From Eledone cirrhosa (lineage: Eukaryota), in NCBI GenBank assembly GCA_964016885.1, contig OZ024740.1:416144001-416208000 (forward strand): DNA of 64,000 nucleotides, in the 5' to 3' direction. Position 1 is the first letter of the stretch. Every line of letters starts with the position of its first letter. The notes beneath the pieces were generated by a model. That model had not been told where the DNA came from and made no database searches. It saw only the letters and a program-made list of their open reading frames with translations. Shown piece by piece: positions 1 to 13,139 of the stretch. The position numbers and the translations under genes were made by a program.

Positions 1-799
1 CTCACATTAACTGTGACCGACTGTAATTCTACAGATTTGATTGATGTCCAGCGTCTTTTACAGCTATTGGGAGATAGAGACTTGATAGTTTTATGACCCT
101 AACTGAGGACGATAGCAGTTGCCATGTTCTGACTGCTTGATCTTCATATGAGGGACTAAACTCTGTGAGTGAACTCCGTATATTATATATATCAAAATAA
201 AGATTCGAAGGCATGGTATAAATTTCCAATCATTTTAATCACGACACATGTTTCAATAAGAAATTGATCGATCGTGTAGCCATGATCGATTATCACTGAT
301 CTCGTCAGGTGAAAATGAATTGTCTTCAAATCCTTGATCATCATCATTTCATTTTACGTCCGCTTTTTCCCTGCTTGCAAGGGTGGGACGGGAACTGATT
401 CTGGTTTGATTTCTACAGCTGGATGCCCTTCCTAACACCAACCTCATTTACAGTAAGTGGTGGGTGCTTTTTTGCCATGGCACCTACACGCCCACTTTAC
501 AGTGGAATGATATGGACCCCAGTCCCTATCATCTCATTTCTACAGCTGAGTAAACTGGAGCAATGTGAAATAAAGTGTCTTGCTCAAGGAAACAACACAT
601 GATATGAGGGAGAAAAATTAATAGTGTTTAGTCACAGAGTTTAGTCCCTCATATGAAGATCAAGCAGTCAGAACATGGCGACTGCTATCGTCCTCAGTTA
701 GGGTCATAAAACTATCAAGTCTCTATCTCTCAATAGCTGTAAAAGACGCTGGACATCAATCAAATCTGTAGAATTACAGTCGGTCACAGTTAATGTGAG
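1..799. repeat. Long inverted repeat (arms 1-168 and 632-799; left arm runs off the window)
   Basis: 632-799 is the reverse complement of 1-168 with only two visible mismatches. The spacer contains a SINE. Confidence 0.9.
338..600 (-). mobile_element. 5'-truncated tRNA-derived SINE with CORE-like body and RTE-type tail
   Basis: Reverse complement closely matches 41112-41372 (TTCCTTGAGCAAGACACTT...GAAGGGCATCCAGCTGTAGAAA...CCCACCCTTGCAAGCAGGG...ATGATGA). Confidence 0.85.
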
Positions 800-1055
800 T
801 GGGTACACACACACTCACACATACATGACGCGAGGTCAAAGAAAAAATATATATATGCTCATACCAATACAGCATCAAATCTGTAGAACTATAGACGGTC
901 GCAGTTAGTGTGAGTGAGTACACAAACACACTCACACACACTGACACGAGGTTAAATAAAAAATAAAAATACAAATATACCAACATAGTATTCACCGAAA
1001 GTTAGTTTACAAAACAACAAATGTTATATTGGTCAAATCTCAATTTGACGATGTA

Positions 1056-1350
1056 AATTGGAAAAATTGGGTCAACCGCAACCCTATACACACGCAAGTA
1101 AGTTCAGTTCAATGATCTGCTATACGTGTATAGATTGAATTGTAACATCTGTATCTCCAAATAGTGTATGTTATGGTATATACATCCATATCGTCCAAAA
1201 GAATTGGAAAAATTGGGTCAACCTCAACCCTATACACACGCAAGTAAGTTCAGTTCAGTGTTCTGCTATACGTGTATAGATTGAATTGTAACATCCATAT
1301 CTCCAAATAGTGTATGTTATGGTATATACACATCCGTATCGTCCAAAAAA
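1056..1350 (+). repeat. Tandem duplication, ~146-bp unit x2
   Basis: AATTGGAAAAATTGGGTCAACC...ATCGTCCAAAA occurs at ~1057 and ~1202. Confidence 0.9.
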
Positions 1351-1700
1351 GTGTATGTTTAGGTATATACACATCCATGTGAAGAGCAAGTAGTCAGCTC
1401 ATATCGAACTCGGTATGTGCCGTTGTCCCATTGAGAATCTGAGTCCCCAAATCTGTGCGTGCAAGCAACCGCTATGTAGGCCACCAAGGGGCTCTGTGTA
1501 GGGTTGGGTACTTTGGTTAAGGTGTCAGTATGTGCGATTTCCCGTCATATGGGCCCTTGGGCTTTTAAGATAGGTGTTTGAGTGGTGGAGGTGTGTTATC
1601 CAACACAAAAGGCAAAATAAAATAATAAATAATAGCAAAACCCAGAGAATGTGTGTAGGCCCATTAATGGTGTGTAAGTATTATTGACCAATCTGTAACC

Positions 1701-2157
1701 GTGAGCACTCCATGGTTAGATGATCACGGATCAAAACCTAGTGTAGTGTTCAATCGATAGGAACATGACCAGTCATAACTGTGGGAACTCAGTGTCTAAA
1801 GAAACCGGGTACTGTGTGCAGAGTTATGTATAGATAGCGTAATCGGTCTTAACTGAGTGTGTAATACGTCTAGCTATATCCTAACCGAGAGAACTCAGTG
1901 GTTAGGGTATCCTAAAGTAATGGTAAATGCGCGTAATCGGTCTTACCTGAGTGTGTAATCTTTCTAACTATTTACTAACTAGGTATTCTAATGTGTACTC
2001 AGCTGTGAGAACTCTGTGGAAACAGGCCGAGTACCGTTTGTAAGTGCGCAAACGATCTTCGCTGTCTAACTACCTGAGTGTGTGATTGTCTGTTTTTTTG
2101 CTAATTGAACACTACACTAGGTTTTGATCCGTGATCATCTAACCATGGAGTGCTCAC
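1701..2157. mobile_element. 457-bp element or foldback with perfect 54-bp terminal inverted repeats
   Basis: 1701-1754 and 2104-2157 are exact reverse complements. ACC flanks both sides. An internal subrepeat GCGTAATCGGTCTTA.CTGAGTGTGTAAT occurs twice. Confidence 0.6.
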
Positions 2158-2365
2158 ACCTGCGGCTGCCCAGCTCAGCGCCTATGGTGGTGAGTAGGGA
2201 GGTAGCTCTAGGGCTGATGACACCAGAAGTCTCTACTGCCAAGGGTACAACCACAAACCTGTCGGAGAGCGACCGGTATTTGAAGAGTTTAGCCTCCTCA
2301 GCCCGACGTGCAGCAGAACCTGGGTTAGTCGCAGACTGCACCAGGTTATTGGTAGATCATTAGAA
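2140..2365 (-). mobile_element. CRE-like non-LTR retrotransposon fragment (C-terminal restriction-like endonuclease region)
   Basis: SATNPGSAARRAEEAKLFKYRSLSDRFVVVPLAVETSGVISPRATSLL fits the AExxKxxKY...PxAxETxG motif of RLE-bearing early-branching LINEs. Confidence 0.7.
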
Positions 2366-2933
2366 ATTCAGATAGAATGATCTGCAGTTTTGTTTTTTGC
2401 TCCCTGAGTTCAAATTCCACCACGGTCAACTTTGCCTTTCATCCATTCAAGGTTGATAAAAAGTACCAGAGAAGTACTGGGGTAGACATCCAACTGTAGA
2501 AACCAATCCCAAAATAGAATGTTCAAGATGGGGATCCTTTTAGCTGTCTAGAAAGGAGGGTAACTCTAAATAAGAATCAACTTAGATTGTGGCAACTTTT
2601 CCAACCCATGTCAACATGAACATCAGACATAAAATGATGATGAGAATAATTATTGAAAACATTCCAAACGTGACTGTATTGTTTTATTTAAACAGTCACA
2701 CCTTGGATATGATTATCTAAATTGTTCTTCATTTTGTACGATGGTAGGGAAATTTGGTTGCTTTTTCTAGCACCTCAAGCAATCATGTAGAAGCCTCTCT
2801 GCCAATGACTCAGTCAATGTAAGTTTGATTAGATAATTAGATTGAATTTAACCTTAATGGGGTTAATAAGTACCAGCTAGTCAGTTTACTGAACTATGAA
2901 ACTTAGATCAATATAACAAATCAGTATTATTTG

Positions 2934-3324
2934 ATGGATTGGCAGTATCGGTAGAGGGTCGGACGCCATGCTTTGACGCATAGAGTTACGACCCTTGCCA
3001 TTCTGAGTTCAAATCCCGCCGAGGTTAACTTTGCCTTTCATCCTTACGGGGTCGATAAAATAAAGTACCAGTAATGTACTGGGTAATTGCTGGCCTTGTG
3101 CCAATAGTAGAAACAATTATTTGATATAGAGGGCGATGGATTGGCAGTATCGGTAGAGGGTTGGACGCCATGCTTTGCAGTAAAGAGTTACGCCTCTTTA
3201 TGGTCTGAGTTCAAATCCCGCCAAGGTTAACTTTGCTTTTCATCCTTACGGAGTCGATAAAATAAAGTACCAGTAATACACTGGAATAATTGCTGGCCTT
3301 GTGCCAAAAGTAGAAACAATTATT
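2934..3324 (+). mobile_element. Two tandem ~190-bp tRNA-derived SINEs (octopus OK-like family)
   Basis: A-box-like TGGCAGTATCGG, B-box GAGTTCAAATCC, central GCCTTTCATCC...GGGGTCGATAAAATAAAGTACCAG and an AAACAATTA tail. Confidence 0.9.
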
Positions 3325-3419
3325 TAATATGTATTAAATATAAGGCAGTGGATTGGCAGAGTTGTTAGAATATTGGAGCTATTGCTGTGTGGTGTTTTAC
3401 TTGTTATAACTTTAAAAAG

Positions 3420-3705
3420 TTGTGAATTGATAGAGTCGTGAGAACGTCAGATATGTGGTTTTGTGGTATCTGTTCTGACTCTCTTTTCTCTGAGTTCAAA
3501 CCCTGCCTAGATCAACTTTGCCTTTCATCCATTCAAGATCGATAAAAATAATGTACCAGTCCAGTACTGGGGTTGATTCTTCCTCTGAGTCTCTTTCTTG
3601 TTCTTAATACTTCTCTAGTAGAAATCTGCTGTTCCGCCCTGAGGAAGGATGGCCTCGCCAGGCTTTAAAATGCCCCTACAACCCTATCAGGAGTTATGGA
3701 ACCAT
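3420..3705 (+). mobile_element. SINE variant with the same head/central domain but a different tail (GAAATCTGCTG...CAGGAGTTA)
   Basis: Related copies at ~11640-11850 (+), ~23540-23760 (-), ~27415-27740 (+), ~35820-36110 (-) and ~44935-45190 (-). Confidence 0.7.
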
Positions 3706-3709
3706 AACA

Positions 3710-4226
3710 TCTATATATATAAAACTGAGGATGTATGTCTGTGTGTGTGTGTGTGTGTGTGAGTTTGAATCCCTAAAACTCGAGAAATACCCAACCGACT
3801 TTTTTCAAACTTTACATGTGTATTATTTATGTTTCAGGGAGTGTTATGCACATAAAATTCAACACATTCAACTTTTTGATCCCCTAGAGCCCGCATTAGG
3901 TGAAAAACTGCGTTTTTTTTTCAGGTTTTATGGTTTTTTTGAGGCGTTATGTCAGACCGATTTCCTTGAAATTGTAACTATGTATTAGTCAGTTTCTTCC
4001 TCATACTGTGAGCAAAGAAAATCCAACTTTTTTATGGCCGCATTAGGTGAAAAGCTTCATCTTTTCAGCTTCATCGAGTAAAATCTTAAAGATTATCCAG
4101 CCATCAGAGTATTCGGTTTATTTTGTTTACATATTGTCCAGGCATGCAGTTTTTCCACGATTATGTCTGTTGGCGGCCCGCATTACAAAATACCTTATCC
4201 CGTGCAACGCCGGGTACCACTGCTAG
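3710..4226 (+). mobile_element. Non-autonomous Helitron
   Basis: 5' TC(TATATATATAAAA), subterminal hairpin CCCGTGCAACGCCGGG, 3' CTAG. Inserted between A and T with no TSD. Confidence 0.9.
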
Positions 4227-4689
4227 TACCAAATAAAATATGTAATCATTGTCTGTCAAGATGGTGTGGTGGAAAATAAAAATAGCAGCCAAATGTCTCT
4301 CAAATTTTACTGTACCATTGTAAAAATGGGAATGACACATTAGATAATATGATCCAAGATACTCCTAAAAAGATGGGATGGTAAGGGTTGGAATGTCTTT
4401 AATGATTGGTCTGCTTAACCATATCTGACCTGGAACTAAATAACATCTAAAATAAACCATTACTATGGATACTTAAAAGAACAGTTCTTCACTATATCAA
4501 TAACTATGACTCATATTGTAAACAAATAAATGTTTGCTCATCACCCAATACTATGAAATAGCTTTCAGGATATAGAGAGAGTTTCACATTTCCTAATTTG
4601 GAAAACATATAAAACGGTAAATATGATAGTGTTGATATAAGTAGGGTTATCTTATATCTTATCCAAAATCCTTAAGTGAAATAGCAAGC

Positions 4690-5050
4690 ACAACTTCACA
4701 CCAACAGCCTGTTTCCTATTAAGGTCTGAAAGTCTTTCTTTTCTCTGCATTCTTATCCATCATCCTTAGACAAGACAGCAAACAACTTCACACCAACAGT
4801 CTCTGTTTCCCATCAAGGTTTGTAGGTCTTTCTTTACAATTCCAATGTCTCTTGCAATGGTATCCTGGTATCTGAGCTCTCTGGAAGGGGAGATCTCACA
4901 TAACAGGATGTCTGAACCCATCTCATCTTTGTATGACATTCAATTAATCATGCACTTTGGGAATTTTTCCATATATCTGACTAAGTATGGGATGGATCTG
5001 TCAAGGAATATTTTGAGTCTTTTTCAGAGGGGTAGTAAGGTGGTTGTGCT
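4690..5050 (-). mobile_element. Degenerate RTE-type LINE 3' fragment
   Basis: Minus-strand translation ELRYQDTIARDIGIVKKDLQTLMGNRDCW resembles an RTE ORF C-terminus. Confidence 0.5.
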
Positions 5051-5308
5051 GGTGACATGACAAAAAACACCCGGTCGATCTTGTATACTTTATGATCAAT
5101 ATCAATATCCTCTTGTTTCAAAGAATTCACCCCGGATGATAGAATAAGTTCTTCCAATATTGATTATTCCAATGATTTGAAATGGCTTATATTGTTACTT
5201 TATACTTAAAGCCATAGTTGGGAGACGATTATATTAGTTAAACTAAGTTATTTTTGTCAGTTTGCCTTATACTTCCCTAAATTAAGATTTTGGCATAAGT
5301 TTAATATG

Positions 5309-5608
<300 letters not shown>

Positions 5609-7229
5609 ATCAAATAGGCATTGGAACAGTTTTCATCTATCAAGTTTTATTCACAAGTTATTGGTAAACTCAAGGTTTTGGTAAAAAGCATCTGCCCTTA
5701 ATGCTGTGCAGTACAGTTGGTGAAAACATGTGGTTCTGAAGCAAACTTCTTAAGTATACAACTATGCCTGCTTGACCTATGGTCAACAAAATATTTGTCT
5801 ATAATATACCAGAATCAGTTCAATTAACTATAGATTCTTCTTCTTAAAAAAAATATTAAAAATCAATATTCCCTCACATGTTCAGTTAACAAATAGCAAA
5901 GTAATGGTTTTGGGAACTGATGATGTCAAGTGTTCATCAGTTAAAATCAGTACAAAGTACTTTATTTTAAATTCCATAATTAGAACTTCTGACAGTTGCA
6001 ACTGAATTAAAGCTGAGTTTACTGCTTGAACCATTTCTTCCCTTGTTTCACTCTAAATACTTCATGAGATCTCACACATTTCTCCGATAATCATCACTGA
6101 ACATTATATTGAATATTCATCTTGCTATTTTATTTTATATTACTAATCATATAATGCGCTAAAAATTACCTAGTTATGTAAGTGAAATCCCTTCAGGCTT
6201 TAATCTGAAACTGGTTTATTTAATTAATTCAAACATGACAACTTAATATGATAAAAGCCGAATAAAGCTTAAAACGGATTTGATAGAATATAATATTCTG
6301 AAAATAATAAAACACAAGGAAGGGCATCCAGCTGTGGAAAACCTGCCAGATAGTCCTATATGAGTGAGACACGGCCACCCGACCAACCTTGCCTCAAATT
6401 GGGACAACATGATGATGATGATGATGATGACAAAATAATGGACCAGAAACCACTTTGCTCATGGGACTGTGATAGACTGGGATTTTATAATTCATCAAGA
6501 GTAACAACAAGCCAAAACCCTAAATAATTTTTCTTTGTAATATTTATAGTAAGGTAGATTACAAAATATATGTTGTACAGAATGGAAGCTGAGAGAAATT
6601 CAAAGTAAATTTTGATGGTTTTATATTTTTATAGGCACCACATCTGCTAATCATTTGGCTTCACTAATGAAGCTGATTTGCTGGAAGTAACTTATGACTT
6701 GCATATTTTGAGTTGAAATTATGGTTGCAGAAGGTTAGATAGCAATGGTTGATTTAGTCTAGCTTGATTCTGTTTCTAATTAGTTGTGTGATAAAATATA
6801 ACTTTCATGACCTACTCCATTAACATGTGCCTCTGTAGTTACCTCTCTCTAGGGCATCTCTTTTATCCTCATAGCAGTTTATGATAACACTGCTGCACCA
6901 GTCATTGTGTATAACACCAACTTGTACTATTTAGTTGATTATGCATCTCACTAGTTTTTAACCTCCATTTTCTTTTTTTCATTCATGGATCAAACCTTTG
7001 TATAAAAGTAAAAACAAAATCATAAACAAATCTATTTCAAATAAACACAACACTACAGATATTTAAAAACGGAAAATGAAGGGAAGGGCCAGGGCTCTGG
7101 GGTCACTTAAGAATGGGAGGAGGATGGGTCTAGGTATATGGCGGAGAAGTGTTGGGGCTATGCCCTGCGGACAAGACTGCAAAAGCATTTGTTTGATGTT
7201 TTGGCACCTTGGGAACTATACCAAGGCAA

Positions 7230-8880
7230 CTATAGCTACTTTCTCTACATTTATAACCTTGTTTTGTTTATCACACTGCTGTCAACCTTTATTGCTAATC
7301 CCTCAATTGCATCTGCTTGGGGCAGCCCTCACTCTCCCATTTATTCTCCTCATTCAACCATCTCTTATAATAGGACTTCTACGCCTCTTTCTATTCAGCA
7401 ACAGTCAGAACAAATGCACCACTATCATTTCAAATGCACTTTGTCTAACAATGTCCTGATTTGCTCAAACACATTGTAATCCAGAACACTTCATGCTTTT
7501 GGTCTTTATATCGTAAAACATATGTCAATTTCTTCTTTTCTGCTTCTTCCTTTGCTAAATACACCTATCTCCAAGTCTCACCAAGCAATTTGGTACTGAC
7601 CCCTGTTATCCCTCTTTTACAGTCTTTCCAGTCCTGTATCTTTTCTTTCACGGCCCAATCTATGCTATCATTCTGCCACCATGTCACTTTCCATCTTGCC
7701 CTAACTGCAGATCTGGTCTGTGGCCTTTAGCAAGTTGTCTTGTAGAACATTCACAATTTGTTTTATGCTATAGGCCTCCATCTGCTCCTTCTTACTGTCA
7801 TTTCAATCAAGTAGGATTTCTTTGAATTTGTTGCCAGCTGAAGGTTCTTGCATGTCTTCCTTCTGCAGACTGACTTTTGTCCCTTAGTTCATCAAGTCTT
7901 TACTCTAAGGTCATGTGAAGCCGCATGGCTTAGTGGTTAGATCATTGGGCTTGCAATCGAAAGGTTGGGAGTTCAATTCTCGGACCTGGTGATGTGTTGT
8001 TTCCTTGCGCAAGACACTTTATTTCACGTTGCTCCAGTTTACTCAGCTGTAGAAATGAGATGATAGGACTGGGGTCCTTATCATTAAATCACCCAAGACA
8101 CATCCAATGAGATATACCTTGGAGGAGGCCAGCTAAACCTGACACACACTAAGGTCATGGATAATTCATTTATGGTGGGAGGTATATTTTTTTACCAGGG
8201 AATTACAATTACTTAGCATTTACTATCATTCATCTATCTCATTTCTTGGTGAGTATTTAGCTTGCATGTCCACCTGATTTTTTCAGCCTTCTTTTCTTCC
8301 TTCTCCAAACTGTCTCCTGTCCCTGAGTTTGTCTAAATTTCCAATGAAGTCACTAACTAAATTACGATGAGTCAAGGAGAGACTTTGTATTTACAACCTT
8401 CAGTCTATCATGAATCCTGGTGACAATAAAAGCTATCTGGTTTATGAGTTCACCTGATTGGTAGGTAATCAGATGGCAGGTAGGTGATCAGGTAGCTGAT
8501 CACCTACCTGCCATCTGATTACCAGAAAGTGTTACAGATAGTTAGGTCATTTATATCACCGAACTTCAAGAAGCTTGATCCCTCCTCATTTCTACTACCA
8601 TACCTATAACTTCTATGATCACCATATAAGTGATTAGTGTTGTCCAACATGTTTATTAAAGTCAACAGCCATAATAATGAGGTCAGTGCCATTTGTTAAC
8701 GAGACAATCGACTGAAGGGTGTCATAAAAGTGGTCCTTCAGTTAATCTACCATCCATGATTGTAAAGTATATCCAGAGATAACTATTTAGGTTTGATTCT
8801 ATCAAGTTTGCATTACTCCATGAAGTATCAGACATTATCTAACCCCCATAGTCGTCTCTCTATAGATTATCTTATATTGA
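7230..8880 (-). mobile_element. Degenerate RTE LINE fragment (AP-endonuclease and linker), interrupted by a SINE at ~7913-8145
   Basis: Minus-strand pieces AVDFNKHVG, YGSRNEEGSSFLKFGDINDLTICNTF, HLITYQSG, VTWWQNDSIDWAVKEKK and WLNEENKWES, with many stops and frameshifts. Confidence 0.8.
8464..8523. repeat. Perfect 28-bp hairpin with 4-nt loop
   Basis: GGTAATCAGATGGCAGGTAGGTGATCAG-GTAG-CTGATCACCTACCTGCCATCTGATTACC. Confidence 0.97.
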
Positions 8881-9029
8881 TATCCATCTGTTTTTACTCT
8901 TCTCCAGTATTTCTAATGTACTAATACTATAAAAGCAGTACAAAACTTCACTGTTAATAAGTTTGCTTTGCAATTATGTGGTTCTGAGTTTTATCTCACA
9001 GTGTTGAACCTTGGGCAAGTCTTCTACTG

Positions 9030-9300
9030 TAAAGGGTGTTGGACTATCATAATGTCATGGGTTTGATTCCTGAACTAGGCTGTGTGTTGTGTTCTTGAAC
9101 AAAACACTTCATTTTATGTTGCTCCTGTATACACAACTGAAAATGAGTACTAGCAATAGGTAGGGGTTTAACCCAGTGATGGACTGGCATCCTGTCCAGT
9201 GGGTGGAGAGTCTTGTACTCACAGTTGCATAATTCCAGGAAACCAGGGTAAGCATTGGCCTGATAAGCTTGTTGGCTTGTGACAGACTTTAGACTAGACT
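9030..9300 (+). mobile_element. tRNA-derived SINE with GATGGACTGGCATCCTGTCCAG domain and (AGACT)n tail; second copy ~34590-34865
   Basis: Two homologous copies with tRNA-like head, CORE-like segment and repeated AGACT(T) tail. Confidence 0.75.
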
Positions 9301-9400
9301 AGATTTTTACTATAACCGCAGTTTAATTAAAATCATGTGAGAGGAATTGTGCAGATGGAAACCTACCAGAATAAACTGTATCTATTCAGAGCTGGGAGAC

Positions 9401-9630
9401 TTAACCCTTTAGCATTTAAACCGGCAATATCTGGCCAGAATTCTCTCACCTCTTTCTGTTCAAACCAGCTCTAACTAGCCACTCATACTTATGTTAAAGT
9501 ATTGTTCTCAAAATAAATAATAATAAAAATCTAACAGATTCGATATTATGTGAGATAATTATGTGAGATAAAGTGTTTACCATGAAAATATAATAGTATA
9601 TATAGAGTAATGTGAATGCTAAAGGGTTAA
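9401..9630 (+). mobile_element. piggyBac-like MITE (TTAA TSD, CCCTTTAGCATT TIR)
   Basis: TTAACCCTTTAGCATT...AATGCTAAAGGGTTAA; five copies in the window. Confidence 0.9.
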
Positions 9631-10208
9631 TCTGTCTCACAGTTGAACTTTAACACTACTGCCCCATTCTTGGGTGCTTTTTGCACTTGAACCCTATTTT
9701 TGGTGTTACCCACCTTCTAAAAAACCATGGAGGCCTTACAAAAAGCTTATGGGTGCTTTTCTTCCCCTCTGACTAAGCCATAAAAACGAAACAAAACAGA
9801 TCATAATCAATTCATTCTCTGTTTTAAATATATTGAATTCATATTCCATAGTTCACTGTCATACACCGAATTGTACATTGAGTACTACATCTGTCAAAAC
9901 CTACAGGTTATACTTATGTTTCTTTTCTCCTCATTTCTGCTGTCTCTCACTTCTCAAACCCTATTCTAAAAGCATTTGCCAACCCTTTTTCCTCAGAAAT
10001 GCCACCTTCTGAAAATCTTCCTACCCACATCCTCCATACTAACACCAATCTTCAGAACTTACAAGCTGAACATTATCTATTTAAATAATAGATAATATAC
10101 CTGCTACACTGAGCAATTACAAATGGACACACACACACACGTTTACACACATACACACACACACTTACACACAAATTAAGAGGAATCTTAATAGAAATAT
10201 TCAAAATT

Positions 10209-10436
10209 AGGGTAAGATTTATGAGGGGTCAGAGGAGGCAAATGCCCAGGGCATCCCTTGTTAAACAGGGCCCCTTCTAGGAACTGCCCTCCTCCTATCC
10301 CCTCCAAAAAGGACTCATTTCGAACAGCCCCCACCTCTTCAAATAGGGCCCAGCTAACAAGGGGCCCTTAAAGTGTTTGTTGTTATATGAGGGACCCACC
10401 AAACCTGAACTACCCCCAAGGTCTAAATATGGCCCT
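10209..10436. mobile_element. Possible Harbinger-like MITE
   Basis: GC-rich island with imperfect TIRs AGGGTAAGATTTA...TAAATATGGCCCT. Confidence 0.4.
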
Positions 10437-10675
10437 GTTCATAATACAGTTGTAGTAAAAGATGATGAAATAGTTATGACATATATTGACAAGTTAGGGA
10501 TATATATATTTTATTTAAATTATTCAGGGACAGTGGGGGGGGGGGGGGGATTTGGTCAATTTAGTTGTAGTGATTAGTTTAGTTCTTAGCACTATAAAAT
10601 GGTCAGAAAATGCAATTTGAGTCTAAGCCGGTGATATTACATTTACAGCTTTCAATAATTATAAAGTGATTATCG

Positions 10676-10895
10676 GGCAGTGGATTGGCAGTATCGGTAG
10701 AGGGTCAGACGCCATGCTTTGCAGCATAGAGTTACGGCCCTTTATGATCTGAGTTTAAATCCTGCCGAGGTTAACTTTGCTTTTCATCCTTATGGGGTCG
10801 ATAAAATAAAGTACCAGTCACGCCCTGGGGTCGATTTAATCAACTTTCCCCTCTCCCAAAATTGCTGGCCTTGTGCCTATATAAAAAAAACAATA
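10676..10895 (+). mobile_element. OK-like SINE
   Basis: Same A/B boxes and central domain as 2934-3324. Confidence 0.88.
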
Positions 10896-10950
10896 ATTAT
10901 AAAGTGATTATAGCAAAATGACCAATGAAATCTGTCTCTGAATACACATA

Positions 10951-11132
10951 CAAGTAAAATTCCATTATAACAAATACCATTATACCAAATTTTTCAATTT
11001 TTCAGTATAACAAAATTTTTTTCAATCCCCGGCCACGCACTCAATGTGTTAAGTTGATTTCATATTAAGAATTTTTCATTACAACAAATTGTTTTTATAC
11101 CCCATGAATTTTGTTATAATGGAATTTTACTG
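10951..11132. mobile_element. Tc1/pogo-like MITE
   Basis: TA-flanked, TIR AGTAAAATTCCATTATAACAAA / TTTGTTATAATGGAATTTTACT. Confidence 0.8.
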
Positions 11133-11377
11133 TACTAGCAATTGGCAAATAGTGATTTGTGGAGAAAAAGTTATGACACAACAAAATTATTTACTATGAA
11201 AGTTAACATAATATATTACACTGTTATTATCAAATATCAACAATATAAAAAAAACTTTGATATGCGATAAACATAACATGTACATAAATTGTATATATAA
11301 ATAGATGTGTGTTTTGGTAGTTTTGGGAGAACAATATCATTATTAGGGGGGACTACCAGTTCCACTGCCTCTGCAGT

Positions 11378-11615
11378 TTAACCCTTTTGTTAGACCCAGC
11401 CAAAACCAGCTCTGGTTCTATGAAATAAAACTACCCATTTTAAAGGTTTCCAATTTAAATTAAAATCTTCCAACATAATTTTATATAAGAACTTTACATT
11501 AAGTTACTATCTTAGTAATGAAATAATTAGTAATTTTAGTAAATCTCTCGAAATTCTTCATTAATTAATTGAAATAGACTGTGTTTCATTAGAAATGTGG
11601 TCATGAAAGGGTTAA
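11378..11615. mobile_element. Second TTAA/CCCTTT piggyBac-like MITE family
   Basis: TTAACCCTTT...AAAGGGTTAA ends with a different interior. Confidence 0.65.
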
Positions 11616-13139
11616 AGAATGGTTAATGAAACAATTTGAGGTTGTTAAAAAAAAAGTACCAGTCTAGTACTGGGGTAGATTCTTCCTCTATAACTCTTTC
11701 TTACTTCCATTCTCTTACTCTCCTTCTCTGGAAGAAATCAGCTGTATTCAGACCTGGAGAGGAGATAGGCTCTGCCAGGTTTAAAAAATGCCCTAGAAAA
11801 GCCATATGTCAATATGGTGCCCCTACCACTTCCTCAAGAATTAAGGAATAAAAGAAAGAAAAGTGGAAATGAATATTAATGAGTTTTCCATGTGTGACGA
11901 ACTCCCTAGAACATTCCTCTACAACATCAATCCATCTATGGAATGTTCCATAAATTACTATTCTTCAGTCATAAATATTTGCACCAATAAACTATGACAT
12001 ATATTTTGTATATAAACTTTACTCTAGTTTAGTTAATTTAGTAGTTTTGAACAACAAATACCATGCCTAACGAAAAAAATTACCTTGCACATTTTTAGTA
12101 GTGTGGCTCGCTTTGTGATGAGTCATATCTCATACGGTCCCCAAAATGGTTGCCCATGCCTGATCTAAGACATAGGCACCCGACATGCTTGAATTGTATT
12201 AATATATTTAGTCAAGTGTAGGATGATATAAGAAGCATGTTATATATATAATGCTTCTCTACACCTGTATAATTTTGTTATTGATAAAAAATTAGCTTAA
12301 GTTTTAAAAGCTTTGATATTTTCGTTTTATTTTTTCAAGCTACAAAGCTCAAAATCCAACTCCCCCGCCTCCCCCCAAATGTCCAGTTACACCCACACTT
12401 ATATCAGCTTGCTTTGTCAAACATTACTCATACTTGTTTTTATCTTTTTTTTACACATAGCTGAACTATAATTGATAAATTCTAAGCTATATGCAGTCTG
12501 TGTTTATTGATTTTAGGCAGTTATAGCTGCTGTTTTAAAAGTATTAAACATTCTGCGCGTCACTGTTCCGAGTTTGAATTCTTATAGGGATTGAGTGAAC
12601 AAACTCAATCCTTTCTCCACAAAAGAGGTTTTGCATTCAGTCAAAACAAATTCTTCATTCATTCCAAAATAATTGAATCTGATTTGACACGGCGAACACA
12701 AGGAAAGGCTGAGAAAAACTGGTGTGTGACAGACGTAACATTCTTTAAAAGATAGTTGCGGCATTCCAGTGGCACAGGGTTTAGAAAAGAAAGAAAATAT
12801 TTGAATATCAAATACATCAATGATGATGTTGGTGGTAAGTTTGACCCAATTAACAAAGTATTACACCGTCTGCTCATTAGGGTAAATTAATATAATAATA
12901 AAAAAAGACACTTTCCTTTAAAGGAATATTTTCTACACAGACACATACAGCGGTAATAATATCAAGAAAACATCCACTAATTGTTCTATAAAAGACAGAA
13001 AATTTAATAGGCATCGCATTGATTGTAACAACTGCGCTAAATACAAATAAGCCCTAGAAGAATTTTTTTTTCTTTTCTGAGTTCGTAATAACAACGACAG
13101 TAAAAACAAAATATCTTTTCTTAGACCTACTGACACAAA

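Noticed and set aside
5880-6055. Minus-strand frame SETREEMVQAVNSALIQLQLSEV as a coding exon
   Set aside because: Weak acceptor, no clear donor and no recognisable homology; cannot be supported without expression data.
12582-12877. Minus-strand Cys-containing ORFs as exons of a neighbouring gene (e.g. COX19, which neighbours ADAP1 in human)
   Set aside because: No twin CX9C pattern and no convincing acceptor AG after the pyrimidine tract.
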